From Thermovirgaceae bacterium (GTDB lineage: Bacteria; Synergistota; Synergistia; Synergistales; Thermovirgaceae), in contig JBKHBH010000031.1 in assembly GCA_046542505.1 (NCBI GenBank), positions 1 through 20,012 on the forward strand: a DNA stretch of 20,012 bases, read 5' to 3'. Positions 1 to 8,003 of this stretch are shown one piece after another (position 1 is the stretch's first letter; every line of letters begins with the position of its first letter). The notes under the pieces were generated by a model. The model searched no databases. It was not told the DNA's origin and saw only the letters and a program-made list of their open reading frames with translations. The translations under genes were made by a program, and so were the position numbers.

Positions 1-43
1 GGCACCTGTCCCTGTTGATGACCTGAAGCATCTTGACTCCCAT
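1..43 (-). CDS. 5' end of a gene running off the window, possibly a 4Fe-4S ferredoxin-type protein
   Basis: Read by hand: ATG at 43-41, preceded by GGGAGGGA (55-48) and a TATACT -10-like hexamer (91-86). It translates as MGVKMLQVINRDRC, which resembles the lead-in to a CxxCxxC ferredoxin motif. Only 14 codons are visible. Confidence 0.5.
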   Translation of the reverse strand, partial: MGVKMLQVINRDRC

Positions 44-155
44 GGTATCCCTCCCGGGTGAATCCATCTCGCTGTTTCTTACTCCAGTATAACGCCCGAA
101 CGGTTTTATGGCGCCTCCCGGCAGAACGCGGCAGGGCCAAGGTTCTGTCATGCCC

Positions 156-161
156 TATAAT
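156..161 (+). promoter_or_regulatory. Sigma70-type -10 element for the 188..1221 unit
   Basis: Perfect TATAAT at 156-161, upstream of an AAGGAGG RBS and the ATG at 188. No clear -35 element. Confidence 0.5.
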
Positions 162-187
162 AAAAGGAGTGGAAGGAGGCGAAAAAA

Positions 188-763
188 ATGTTGAAAGCCC
201 GGAAGCCTTCTTTTGTGTCGATCGCGGTCACAGTGATTCTGCTTTTGTCTTCTTTCGCGCAGGCCTTCGCGGCGGAATTCATTGCCGACCTCTACCAGGA
301 ACGGACAGGCAGCATCTCAAGCGGACGTGTCTTCGACAAGGGACACCTGATGCGAAAAGAGGTCCTTCACGCAGGGCTCGTGACGATCAGTATCCATGAT
401 CTCGAAAAGGGCACCACCTGGATCCTGAACGCCAAGGCCAGGACCTATGCAGAGGTTCCTTCAAAACTTGAGGAACACCCCGTCCTCATCGCGGAAAAAT
501 GGCAAGCCATGGGAGATTCACAGAAGGTCGGAACGGGGCGATTCGAGGGATACCAGAGCGACATTTTTCGTTTCGAACAGAAAAAGACACCCGACGGCCC
601 GCTCGTGCTGTGGGTAGCCAAAGACCTCGATTTCCCCGTCCGGATGGAACTGCCGGAAAAGCTCTACCTCCAGGAATACAAAAATATCCAGGAACGAACC
701 ATACCAGCAATGACCTTTTCCATACACCCTGGGTATCGCAGGGTCAAAGCGCCGGGACGATAG
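188..763 (+). CDS. Secreted/periplasmic protein, DUF4412-like (LolA-like beta fold)
   Basis: AAGGAGG RBS and a Sec signal ending AFA|AEF. The patterns AEFxAD, 'TWILNAKARTY', 'KVGTGRFEGY' and 'LWVAKDLDFPVR' resemble DUF4412 proteins. Confidence 0.65.
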   Translation: MLKARKPSFVSIAVTVILLLSSFAQAFAAEFIADLYQERTGSISSGRVFDKGHLMRKEVLHAGLVTISIHDLEKGTTWILNAKARTYAEVPSKLEEHPVLIAEKWQAMGDSQKVGTGRFEGYQSDIFRFEQKKTPDGPLVLWVAKDLDFPVRMELPEKLYLQEYKNIQERTIPAMTFSIHPGYRRVKAPGR

Positions 764-801
764 AAAGACCATTCAAATACACCTTCAAGGGGAGTGATAC
801 C

Positions 802-1221
802 GTGTCCCTGACGGATCGCGCCAGACAGTTCTACGAAGAATGTGGCATGAATTGCGCCGAAAGCGTCTTCGCCGCCGCTGACGATGAATATGGACTTCTC
901 AACGGCAAAAAAGCCCGAACCATGATGGCCGGTTTCGGTGGAGGGGCGGGCATTGAACATCTGTGCGGCGCCCTTTCAGGTGCTGTCGCCGCCATCGGCG
1001 CGGCTCTAACGGAAGAACGGGCCCACATGAGCCCGCAGGTGAAAGAAACCTGCAGGGAGTTTATGCACCGTTGGGAGGCCGAACGAGGCTTGTTCCTCTG
1101 CGCCCCCCTCAAGGAGCGGTATCGAGATGAGGAGAAAAAGTGCCTCCATGTGGTCATGGCTGCAGCCGGATTGCTTGAAGAGGTTCTCGGCAAGGCAATG
1201 AAGGACTCCGAAGGCCCTTGA
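802..1221 (+). CDS. C-GCAxxG-C-C family putative redox/metal-binding protein
   Basis: The real start is probably GTG at 802 after AAGGGGAG, in frame with ORF 499..1221. Motifs: NCAESV, GFGGG, CGALSG, plus two later Cys. Confidence 0.85.
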   Translation: MSLTDRARQFYEECGMNCAESVFAAADDEYGLLNGKKARTMMAGFGGGAGIEHLCGALSGAVAAIGAALTEERAHMSPQVKETCREFMHRWEAERGLFLCAPLKERYRDEEKKCLHVVMAAAGLLEEVLGKAMKDSEGP

Positions 1222-1228
1222 AACACCT

Positions 1229-1265
1229 GCCCCGAACCCTGGAAATCACTGGTTCGGGGCGTTTT
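1229..1265. terminator. Hairpin between convergent genes, probable intrinsic terminator
   Basis: GCCCCGAACC (1229-1238) pairs with GGTTCGGGGC (1251-1260) and is followed by GTTTT. Confidence 0.65.
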
Positions 1266-1266
1266 G

Positions 1267-1971
1267 TCAGGGCGCGCCCTCTTCCAGAGCTGCCTCTACA
1301 GCCGCCATGCAATGAAGCTTCATGGTGTCAAAAACAGGGATCCCGGTATATTTCTGCTGTACGAGGAGGGGAATCTCCGTACAGCCCAGGACAATCCCCT
1401 GAGCTCCTTTCTTCGAGAGCTTTTCAATAATCTCAAGGAACCTGTCCCTGGATTCCGGCACAATATTCCCGAAGGTCAGTTCTTCGTCAATGACGTGATT
1501 GATGAATTGCCTGTCTTCCTCATCGGGGATGACGGTCTCGATCCCGTGCATTACCCTGAGACGGGCCCTGTAAAAATCCTCTTCCATGGTGAATTTCGTC
1601 CCTAAAAGCCCCACGGTGTGAAACCCTTTCTCCTGTATCGACGCGGCAGTCGCGTCAACGATGTGCAACAGGGGGATCTTGACCGTACCATCCGCCGCCT
1701 CGGCTATCTTGTGAATCGTGTTGGAACAGATCAGAAGCAGTTCCGCTCCCGCCCTTTCCAGAATATCAGCGGCATCGGATACCTTTTCTCCGATACTCGC
1801 CCACTCGCCTGTGTTCATGTGATGGTCAAACTCCTGGAAATCAAAGCTCCACAGGATGATCTTCGCGGAGTGGGTCCCGCCGAGCTTGCGCGAAACGAGT
1901 TCATTGATGATCCGGTAGTACTCGACGGTGGATTCCCAGGTCAGTCCGCCGATCAGGCCAATGGTTTTCAT
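1267..1971 (-). CDS. Aspartate/glutamate racemase family protein (YgeA/RacX-like)
   Basis: MKTIGLIGGLTWESTVEYYR N-terminus, CSNTIH, LLGTKFTM and LGCTEIP motifs. Confidence 0.92.
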   Translation of the reverse strand: MKTIGLIGGLTWESTVEYYRIINELVSRKLGGTHSAKIILWSFDFQEFDHHMNTGEWASIGEKVSDAADILERAGAELLLICSNTIHKIAEAADGTVKIPLLHIVDATAASIQEKGFHTVGLLGTKFTMEEDFYRARLRVMHGIETVIPDEEDRQFINHVIDEELTFGNIVPESRDRFLEIIEKLSKKGAQGIVLGCTEIPLLVQQKYTGIPVFDTMKLHCMAAVEAALEEGAP

Positions 1972-2025
1972 CTTCCGTCACCGCCTTTCGAAGATTTCTT
2001 GCCCGTACGTCTTTTTTGGAACTCT

Positions 2026-3417
2026 TTATTCTTTCTGCAAGATCGCCCGTGCCGCAACGATTCCGCTTGCCGAAGCCTGTATGACCCCACGCGTCACGCC
2101 TGCTCCGTCACCGCACGCGTAAAGCCCGGGGAGGACCGTCTGGAGATATTCATCCAGAGCGAGCTTGAGACTGTAGAACTTGACTTCAACTCCGTAGAGC
2201 AGCGTGTGCTTTCCGTTGATTCCCGGGATGATGGAATCCAGTGCCTGGATCATCTCCAGGATGTCCACCAGGTGCCTGTAGGGAAGCGCAAAGGACAGGT
2301 CGCCAGGCTCCGCCGTCTTCAGGGTCGGGTGCACGAGCCCCCTCTCGATTCGCCCCGGCGTAGAGCGTCTCCCGTGCTTGAGATCCCCCAGCCTTTGAAC
2401 AAGGACTCCTCCGGAAAGCATGTTCGCCACCCGGGCGATATGACTGCCGTAGCCGTTGGGATCCTTGAAAGGTTCCGTGAACTCCGTGGAAACAAGAATC
2501 GCGAAGTTGGTGTTGTCCGTCTTCCTGTTTCCATCCTTGTTGCTGTGCCCGTTGACGGTCATGATGTCATGGCTCGCGACGAATTCAGTGGTCACCTCAC
2601 CGTGGGGACACATGCAAAAGGTTCGGACGCTGTCATCGAATGTGGGGGTATCCAGGACCGCCTTGACCTCGTAGAACTGGTCCGTCACCGTCTCGGCCCA
2701 TCCTGCGGGAATTTCCACCCTGACGCCGATGTCCACCGGCAGCGACTCGATCTCCAGGCCCAGGGCCTTCACGGTCTGTTCCATCCAGAAGGCGCCCTCC
2801 CTGCCGGGGGCGAGGATCACCCTGGGCGCCGAAAGGGTCCTTCCGTCATCGAGAAGGACTCCGGCGACGGCGTCTCGGGACGTCAGGACCTTTTCCACCG
2901 TCTTGTTCATGATAACGTCACACTGTCCGGAGATTTCTTCGTACATGCTTGACAGAATATCCCGCGAGCGGTCGGTCCCCATGTGGCGGATCGTCGCCGG
3001 AATGAGGCGCAACCCCGCCCCGCTCGCCCTGATGGCAAGATCCCTTGCAAACTGCGGGTCAGGTTCGAAAACATCCCGGCTCGCTCCATGCTCGACGAAG
3101 AGTCCATCAACTTCAGCGATCAAATCAAGCAGCCGCTGCCTGCCGATGTACCTGTTGAGGTTGCCCCCGAACTCCGGCGTGAGGGTCAGCTTGCCGTCAC
3201 TGTAGGCACCCGCCCCGCCCCATCCGCACATGACATTGCAGGGGTTGCAGTGAAGACAGTGGTCGACTTTGCCCTCTTTCAGGGGGCACCTGCGGTTTTT
3301 TATGGCCTTCCCCTTGTCTATGAGGGCGACTTGGAGTCCTCCCTGTATGAGCTCCCGCGCGGCAAAAAGTCCTGCGGGTCCTGCTCCGACGATAACGACA
3401 TCGTATTCAGATCTCAC
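2026..3417 (-). CDS. FAD/NAD(P)-dependent oxidoreductase with an N-terminal Cys cluster (COG2509-type)
   Basis: GAGPAG Rossmann motif, CP-x8-CLHCNPC Cys cluster, GGAGAYSDGKL, VRTFCMCP and GDGAG. Start placed at GTG 3417 behind AAGGGGAG, with TATAAT on the minus strand at 3457-3452. ATG 3447 is an alternative start. Confidence 0.85.
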   Translation of the reverse strand: MRSEYDVVIVGAGPAGLFAARELIQGGLQVALIDKGKAIKNRRCPLKEGKVDHCLHCNPCNVMCGWGGAGAYSDGKLTLTPEFGGNLNRYIGRQRLLDLIAEVDGLFVEHGASRDVFEPDPQFARDLAIRASGAGLRLIPATIRHMGTDRSRDILSSMYEEISGQCDVIMNKTVEKVLTSRDAVAGVLLDDGRTLSAPRVILAPGREGAFWMEQTVKALGLEIESLPVDIGVRVEIPAGWAETVTDQFYEVKAVLDTPTFDDSVRTFCMCPHGEVTTEFVASHDIMTVNGHSNKDGNRKTDNTNFAILVSTEFTEPFKDPNGYGSHIARVANMLSGGVLVQRLGDLKHGRRSTPGRIERGLVHPTLKTAEPGDLSFALPYRHLVDILEMIQALDSIIPGINGKHTLLYGVEVKFYSLKLALDEYLQTVLPGLYACGDGAGVTRGVIQASASGIVAARAILQKE

Positions 3418-3697
3418 GGTGCTCTCCCCTTTTCGGACGAATTTCATCCTTATTATACCTTTCAGCAGCGCCTCCGTTGTCCTTCGGGAGTTAAAGGAAG
3501 TCTCGCGGAGGGTTTGGGAGATATTCCGAGAACTCCCCCCCAAAATCCGGGACATACTTCGCTGAGCTCCTCTAGGCGGACTTTGCCCCGCCTCTCGCCA
3601 TTTGTAAGGGAGGGGTCAAACCTTTAGGGTTTTTACCAGCTTCGGATCTGGTATCAGAGGTGATCCAAAGCACAAAACCAGGAGGTGCACATACGAA

Positions 3698-5203
3698 ATG
3701 AGCGGCTTATTCGGCATATGGGGTGACAATGACGAGGTAACCTTTCATACCATGATGGAGGACCTGCGGCACAGGGGTTCTGACGCCACCGGAAGCGTTA
3801 CAGGCGAAGATTTCAGCATCGGGCATTGCAGGCTCGCCGTCATGGACCCTGAAAATGGTGACCGCCCCTTGTACAACGAAGACGGGAACTTCTCGATTGT
3901 TTCGGATGCACGGATCTACAACTCCCCTGCCCTTCGCGGCGAACTCTCGAAACGCCATGAGTTCAGGACCGGGAACGACAGTGAAGTGATCCTGCATCTG
4001 TTTGAGGAACATGGACCAAAAGCTGTGGAACAGCTTGACGGCATGTTCGCCCTTTGCATCACCGACGGGAATTCACTCTTTCTCGCGCGTGATCCACTTG
4101 GGATCAAGCCTCTCTACTACGGGAAGGATAAAAATGGCGTATTCCACTTTTCATCCGAAATCCAGAGTTTCCCCCACAACGTTGGCGAAATCAGGGAATT
4201 CCCCACAGGAACCTGGTACCACTCGGAACACGGGTTTCACACCTATTATGAAATTCCCGATGTCAAACCCCAACAGGATGCTGATGAAAAAGCCCTTGTC
4301 GGGGAAATCAGGGAAACTCTCGAAAAATCGGTGGAAAAGCACCTGATGAGCGACGTTCCCGTGGGAGTCTTCCTTTCCGGCGGGCTCGACAGCAGCATCA
4401 TCGCAGCCCTGGCGGCCAAAGGCCTTTCTCCCCTGCTCTCCTTCACGACGGGGACACCGGACAGCCATGACCTCAAAGCGGCGAAAGAGATGTCGGAACA
4501 CCTCGGAACGATCCATCATGTCTACGAACTCACCGAAGAGGATATCGCCGACCATCTGCCCATGATCATTTCAAGACTTGAATCCTTCGACCAGGACCTT
4601 GTGCGAACCTCGGTGCCCTGCTATTTCACCTCCATGCTGGCGGCACGCTACGTCAAGGTCATTCTCACCGGTGAAGGCGCCGACGAGCTCTTTGCAGGGT
4701 ATACCTACTACAAGGATATCGACAGGCCGGAAATCCTGGCCCAGGAGCTGCGGGTTTCTCTCGCAGGTCTTCACAACGTGGGGCTGCAGCGCATAGACAG
4801 GATGACCCTGTCCCATTCCCTGGAAGGGCGGTCGCCTTTCCTCGACGGAAAAATGATCGCCCTTGGCCAGCGGATCCCGCCCCAGCTGAAACTGAAAGGG
4901 GATCCGCCCATGGAGAAATGGATACTCCGGAAGGCCTTCGAGGAGGATCTTCCCGAAGGGATCGCCTGGAGAAAGAAGGAACAGTTCGACGAAGGAAGCG
5001 GTGTTATCGGCCTGCTCCAAAAAATCGCCCGAAAGTCTTTCCCGGGAGACTCCTGGAAGAAGTTCCGGGACGACAGGCCCCAGGTTCAGCTGCGATCCGC
5101 GGAGGAATGCTACTATTACAGCATTTTCGAAAAAGTATTCGAGGAACCTGAAACGGTGGCCGACATGGTCGCCCGGTGGAGCAAGCGAAAATTGCCGGCG
5201 TAA
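3698..5203 (+). CDS. Asparagine synthetase B-like ATP-dependent amide synthetase with a degenerate glutaminase domain
   Basis: AGGAGGTG RBS. Ntn-domain motifs HRGxD and RDPLGIKPLYY. Synthetase motifs FLSGGLDSS, GEGADELFAGY, RSPFLD, KWILRKAF and RKKEQF. The N-terminus is MSG, not MCG. Confidence 0.9.
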   Translation: MSGLFGIWGDNDEVTFHTMMEDLRHRGSDATGSVTGEDFSIGHCRLAVMDPENGDRPLYNEDGNFSIVSDARIYNSPALRGELSKRHEFRTGNDSEVILHLFEEHGPKAVEQLDGMFALCITDGNSLFLARDPLGIKPLYYGKDKNGVFHFSSEIQSFPHNVGEIREFPTGTWYHSEHGFHTYYEIPDVKPQQDADEKALVGEIRETLEKSVEKHLMSDVPVGVFLSGGLDSSIIAALAAKGLSPLLSFTTGTPDSHDLKAAKEMSEHLGTIHHVYELTEEDIADHLPMIISRLESFDQDLVRTSVPCYFTSMLAARYVKVILTGEGADELFAGYTYYKDIDRPEILAQELRVSLAGLHNVGLQRIDRMTLSHSLEGRSPFLDGKMIALGQRIPPQLKLKGDPPMEKWILRKAFEEDLPEGIAWRKKEQFDEGSGVIGLLQKIARKSFPGDSWKKFRDDRPQVQLRSAEECYYYSIFEKVFEEPETVADMVARWSKRKLPA

Positions 5204-5260
5204 GAGCATCCCTGTTACACTTCGCAGAAGCGTAGCATTTATGAAATAGAGCGAGTGGTA

Positions 5261-5269
5261 TGTTATAAT
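5261..5269 (+). promoter_or_regulatory. Extended -10 promoter of the osmoprotectant ABC operon leader
   Basis: TGtTATAAT is an exact TGnTATAAT consensus. Confidence 0.7.
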
Positions 5270-5304
5270 ATGAAGCGGCAGGAGTACTCCTGCCGGCTTC
5301 ATAT
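5268..5304. repeat. 37-bp inverted repeat with a perfect 20-bp palindromic core
   Basis: ATATGAAG-CGGCAGGAGTACTCCTGCCG-G-CTTCATAT. The core 5276-5295 is its own reverse complement. Confidence 0.9.
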
Positions 5305-5547
5305 GTCTTTTGCCGCCCCTTGTGCGTGCGCGACATGCATTCAAGAGCGCATAAGAGGACACTTATGGCGCTTCCTTTTCTACCACGAATCAACAACAAT
5401 TCCGCCATCCAGATCCGGATCCTCGCAGGCATACCGGCAGGAAGTGCCAGCCGTTTTTTGTCCTTTCAAGACAGCAGGAACCTCTGTTGTCGAGAATAAC
5501 CGGCTATGGGGCTCTTTTTCATTTCGAAACCAGGGGAGGCGATACCC

Positions 5548-6210
5548 ATCGAAAGCGTCCTGCTTTTTCTCAAATACTATAACGAACGCATTCTCTTCGA
5601 GTTCCTCCAGCACCTCAAGATCATCGCCATCAGCATTCCCGTTTCCATTTTAGTCAGCGTGCCCATCGGTATCTATATCTCGTCACGGCCGCGCATAGCG
5701 AAAACCGTGATCTACATTGCCGGCGTGCTGATGACCGTACCCAGCCTTGCCCTGTTCGGGATCATGGTGGTGGCCTTCGCTCCGTGGGGCATGGGACTGG
5801 GAATGGTCCCGGCGGTTACGGCCATTACCGTATATTCCCTCCTGCCTATAACCCGGAACACCTACACGGCGCTGAACAGCGTAGCTGAAGGCGTGCTCGA
5901 GGCAGCCAAGGGCATGGGCTTGTCGAAGCGGCAAACCCTGTGGAAGATCCGCATCCCTCTTTCCATCCCCGTTGTCATGGCCGGCGTCAGGACCTCGGTC
6001 GTCCTGGGCGTGAGCGTGGCTACCTTCGCCACCCTCGTGGGAGCCGGGGGACTCGGCTTTTTCATCTTTTCAGGCATCAGCAGGTCCAACTTCGCCATGG
6101 TACTCGTCGGGGCCATTCTCGTGTCGGCCCTTGGAATCGGCGTCAACTGGTTTTTCATGAAGCTTGAAGTCTGGCTGACCCCGCGCGGACTCAGAGCGGA
6201 CAGGGAGTGA
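5548..6210 (+). CDS. Osmoprotectant (glycine betaine/choline/carnitine/proline) ABC transporter permease
   Basis: Hydrophobic helices, TVPSLAL, EAAKGMG (EAA loop) and GAGGLG. The start is uncertain: ATG 5506 has no clear RBS, whereas in-frame ATC 5548 lies 8 nt after GGGGAGG. Confidence 0.9.
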   Translation: MESVLLFLKYYNERILFEFLQHLKIIAISIPVSILVSVPIGIYISSRPRIAKTVIYIAGVLMTVPSLALFGIMVVAFAPWGMGLGMVPAVTAITVYSLLPITRNTYTALNSVAEGVLEAAKGMGLSKRQTLWKIRIPLSIPVVMAGVRTSVVLGVSVATFATLVGAGGLGFFIFSGISRSNFAMVLVGAILVSALGIGVNWFFMKLEVWLTPRGLRADRE

Positions 6211-6219
6211 AAAGCGACC

Positions 6220-7335
6220 ATGATTGAATACAAAAACATTACAAAGCGTTTCGGCGAAAAAACAGCCGTCAACGACCTGACGATGACCCTCGAACAAGGC
6301 ACGATTACAATGCTGATAGGCCCATCAGGTTGCGGCAAGACCACATCTCTCAAGATGGTAAACCGCCTCGTCGACCCCGACGGGGGCGATATCCTCATCA
6401 ACGGGGACTCCATCTTCGACCTGGATCCGGTCACGCTGAGACGGGACATCGGCTATGTCATCCAGGAAATCGGCCTTTTCCCCCATTACTCGGTTTTCGA
6501 CAACATCGCAACCCTGCCAAGGCTCCACAAGTGGGACGAGAAAAAGATCAAGGACCGCGTACATGAAGTCCTCAACATGGTCACCCTGGACGAGACCTAC
6601 GCCGACAAGTACCCCAGGCAGCTTTCGGGAGGCGAACGACAGAGGGTCGGTCTTGCCCGGGCCCTCGCGGCGGATCCGGACGTGCTGCTCATGGACGAGC
6701 CTTTCGGGGCCATCGACCCGATCAACAGGCTTGTCCTGCAGCAGTCTTTCCTGGAGATCCAGGAAGAAATCAAAAAGACTATCATCTTTGTCACCCACGA
6801 TATCAACGAAGCCATCAAGTTGGGTGACAAGCTAGCGATCATGAACCAGGGCTCCCTGGTGCAGTTCGACACCGTCTCGGCAATCCTTTCGAACCCGGAA
6901 AACGAATTCGTGGAGAACCTGCTCGGCCAGGACCGGAACCTGAAGGCCCTTTCGTTGAAAAAGGCCAAGGACTACGCCGTCCAGGAAGGATACACCACCA
7001 TCAAGGGTGAAACCGACAAGGAAAAGATCCGGAAGGAACTGGAGGACAAGGACCTGGTTGTGGCCTATATCCTAGACTCCGGGGACCGCCTCAGTGGACG
7101 TTACTACATCGACAAGTCGGCGAAAAAAGTCGAGGACGCTTACCCCATTGTGCGGGAAACGAAACCCTACCGCGTCACGCGGAACACCAGTCTCACCGAA
7201 ACGCTTTCCAGGATGCTGGAGCATGGGGAAAAGAAATTGCCGGTGGTCACCCGTGAAGACCGTTTTACCGGCGTCATCGACCTGGACGCAATCTTCGAGG
7301 AAGTCGAGCAGGCCGGAACGCCGGAGGGGGCGTGA
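6220..7335 (+). CDS. Osmoprotectant ABC transporter ATPase with a C-terminal CBS-like region (OpuBA/OpuCA/OsmV-like)
   Basis: Walker A GPSGCGKT, signature LSGGERQR, Walker B LLMDEPFGAID and switch VTHD. The C-terminal LPVV...FTGVIDL is CBS-like. Confidence 0.95.
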   Translation: MIEYKNITKRFGEKTAVNDLTMTLEQGTITMLIGPSGCGKTTSLKMVNRLVDPDGGDILINGDSIFDLDPVTLRRDIGYVIQEIGLFPHYSVFDNIATLPRLHKWDEKKIKDRVHEVLNMVTLDETYADKYPRQLSGGERQRVGLARALAADPDVLLMDEPFGAIDPINRLVLQQSFLEIQEEIKKTIIFVTHDINEAIKLGDKLAIMNQGSLVQFDTVSAILSNPENEFVENLLGQDRNLKALSLKKAKDYAVQEGYTTIKGETDKEKIRKELEDKDLVVAYILDSGDRLSGRYYIDKSAKKVEDAYPIVRETKPYRVTRNTSLTETLSRMLEHGEKKLPVVTREDRFTGVIDLDAIFEEVEQAGTPEGA

Positions 7336-7339
7336 TAGC

Positions 7340-7978
7340 GTGGCATTCTTTACGTACATAGCAGGAAACACGGACCTGATCATGTCCTCCATCGTGCGGC
7401 ATTTCGTCCTCTTTTTGATTTCCATGGCCTTTGCCGTAACGGTGGGCACAGCCTTGAGCATTGTCATCACCAGGGAGGGGCACGAAAAGATGGGACAGGC
7501 CATCCTCTCCATAACGGGAGCCAGCCAGGCTGTGCCGTCAGTGGCGGTCATCGCCCTGGTTTTTTTGTTTATTGGAATCGGCATGAAACCGGCCATCATC
7601 GCGCTGATCATCTACAGCCTGGTTCCTATCGTCTTCAATGCAACATCAGGGATTTTGAGCGTTGATCCGGGAGTCATCCAGGCGGCCAAGGGCATGGGCC
7701 TGACGAGGACACAGAGGCTCTGGCGGATCAAGATCCCCCTGGCAATGCCCGTGATCATGTCGGGCATCAGGAGCGCCGCGACCATCAACATCGGGACGGT
7801 GACCGTCGCGGCCGTCATCGGAGCCGGCGGACTCGGCGACATCATCTATACGGGACTTAAGCTCAACAGGCCGGAAATGATCCTTATCGGCGCCGGTTTG
7901 TCGGCGATCATCGCCATCCTGGTCGATACGGTCCTGTTCTATGTGGAACAGAAAGTGATACCCAAGGGACTCGCCTAG
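7340..7978 (+). CDS. Osmoprotectant ABC transporter permease (second)
   Basis: GTG start at 7340 after GGAGGGGG, in frame with ORF 7094..7978. Motifs QAVPSVA, QAAKGMG and GAGGLGD. Confidence 0.92.
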   Translation: MAFFTYIAGNTDLIMSSIVRHFVLFLISMAFAVTVGTALSIVITREGHEKMGQAILSITGASQAVPSVAVIALVFLFIGIGMKPAIIALIIYSLVPIVFNATSGILSVDPGVIQAAKGMGLTRTQRLWRIKIPLAMPVIMSGIRSAATINIGTVTVAAVIGAGGLGDIIYTGLKLNRPEMILIGAGLSAIIAILVDTVLFYVEQKVIPKGLA

Positions 7979-8003
7979 AACAAATTTTGAAGGAGGTAGT
8001 GCC

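Noticed and set aside
499..801. N-terminal extensions in the ORF track (499, 3555, 7094, 14189, 18982)
   Set aside because: They overlap neighbouring genes or promoters, and downstream starts have clear RBSs and match the family N-termini.
1618..2952. 444-aa plus-strand ORF
   Set aside because: It is an antisense shadow of the racemase and oxidoreductase genes, with no recognisable motifs. Such ORFs are common in GC-rich DNA.
3474..3540. Glutamine (glnA) riboswitch-like CGTTG...GGAAGT pattern
   Set aside because: The closing GAAGxAACG strand is absent, so P1 cannot form.
5204..5547. c-di-AMP (ydaO/yuaA) riboswitch expected before an osmoprotectant operon
   Set aside because: The conserved elements (GCTGAATCC, GGGGAACC, CAGCTAAC) were not found by eye.
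5255..5653. ORF with a CACATC Cys cluster in the transporter leader, considered as a leader peptide or RiPP precursor for the AsnB-like enzyme
   Set aside because: Its start overlaps the -10 element, it has no RBS, it overlaps the permease out of frame, and it shows no lasso leader/core pattern. No lasso peptidase or RRE gene is nearby.
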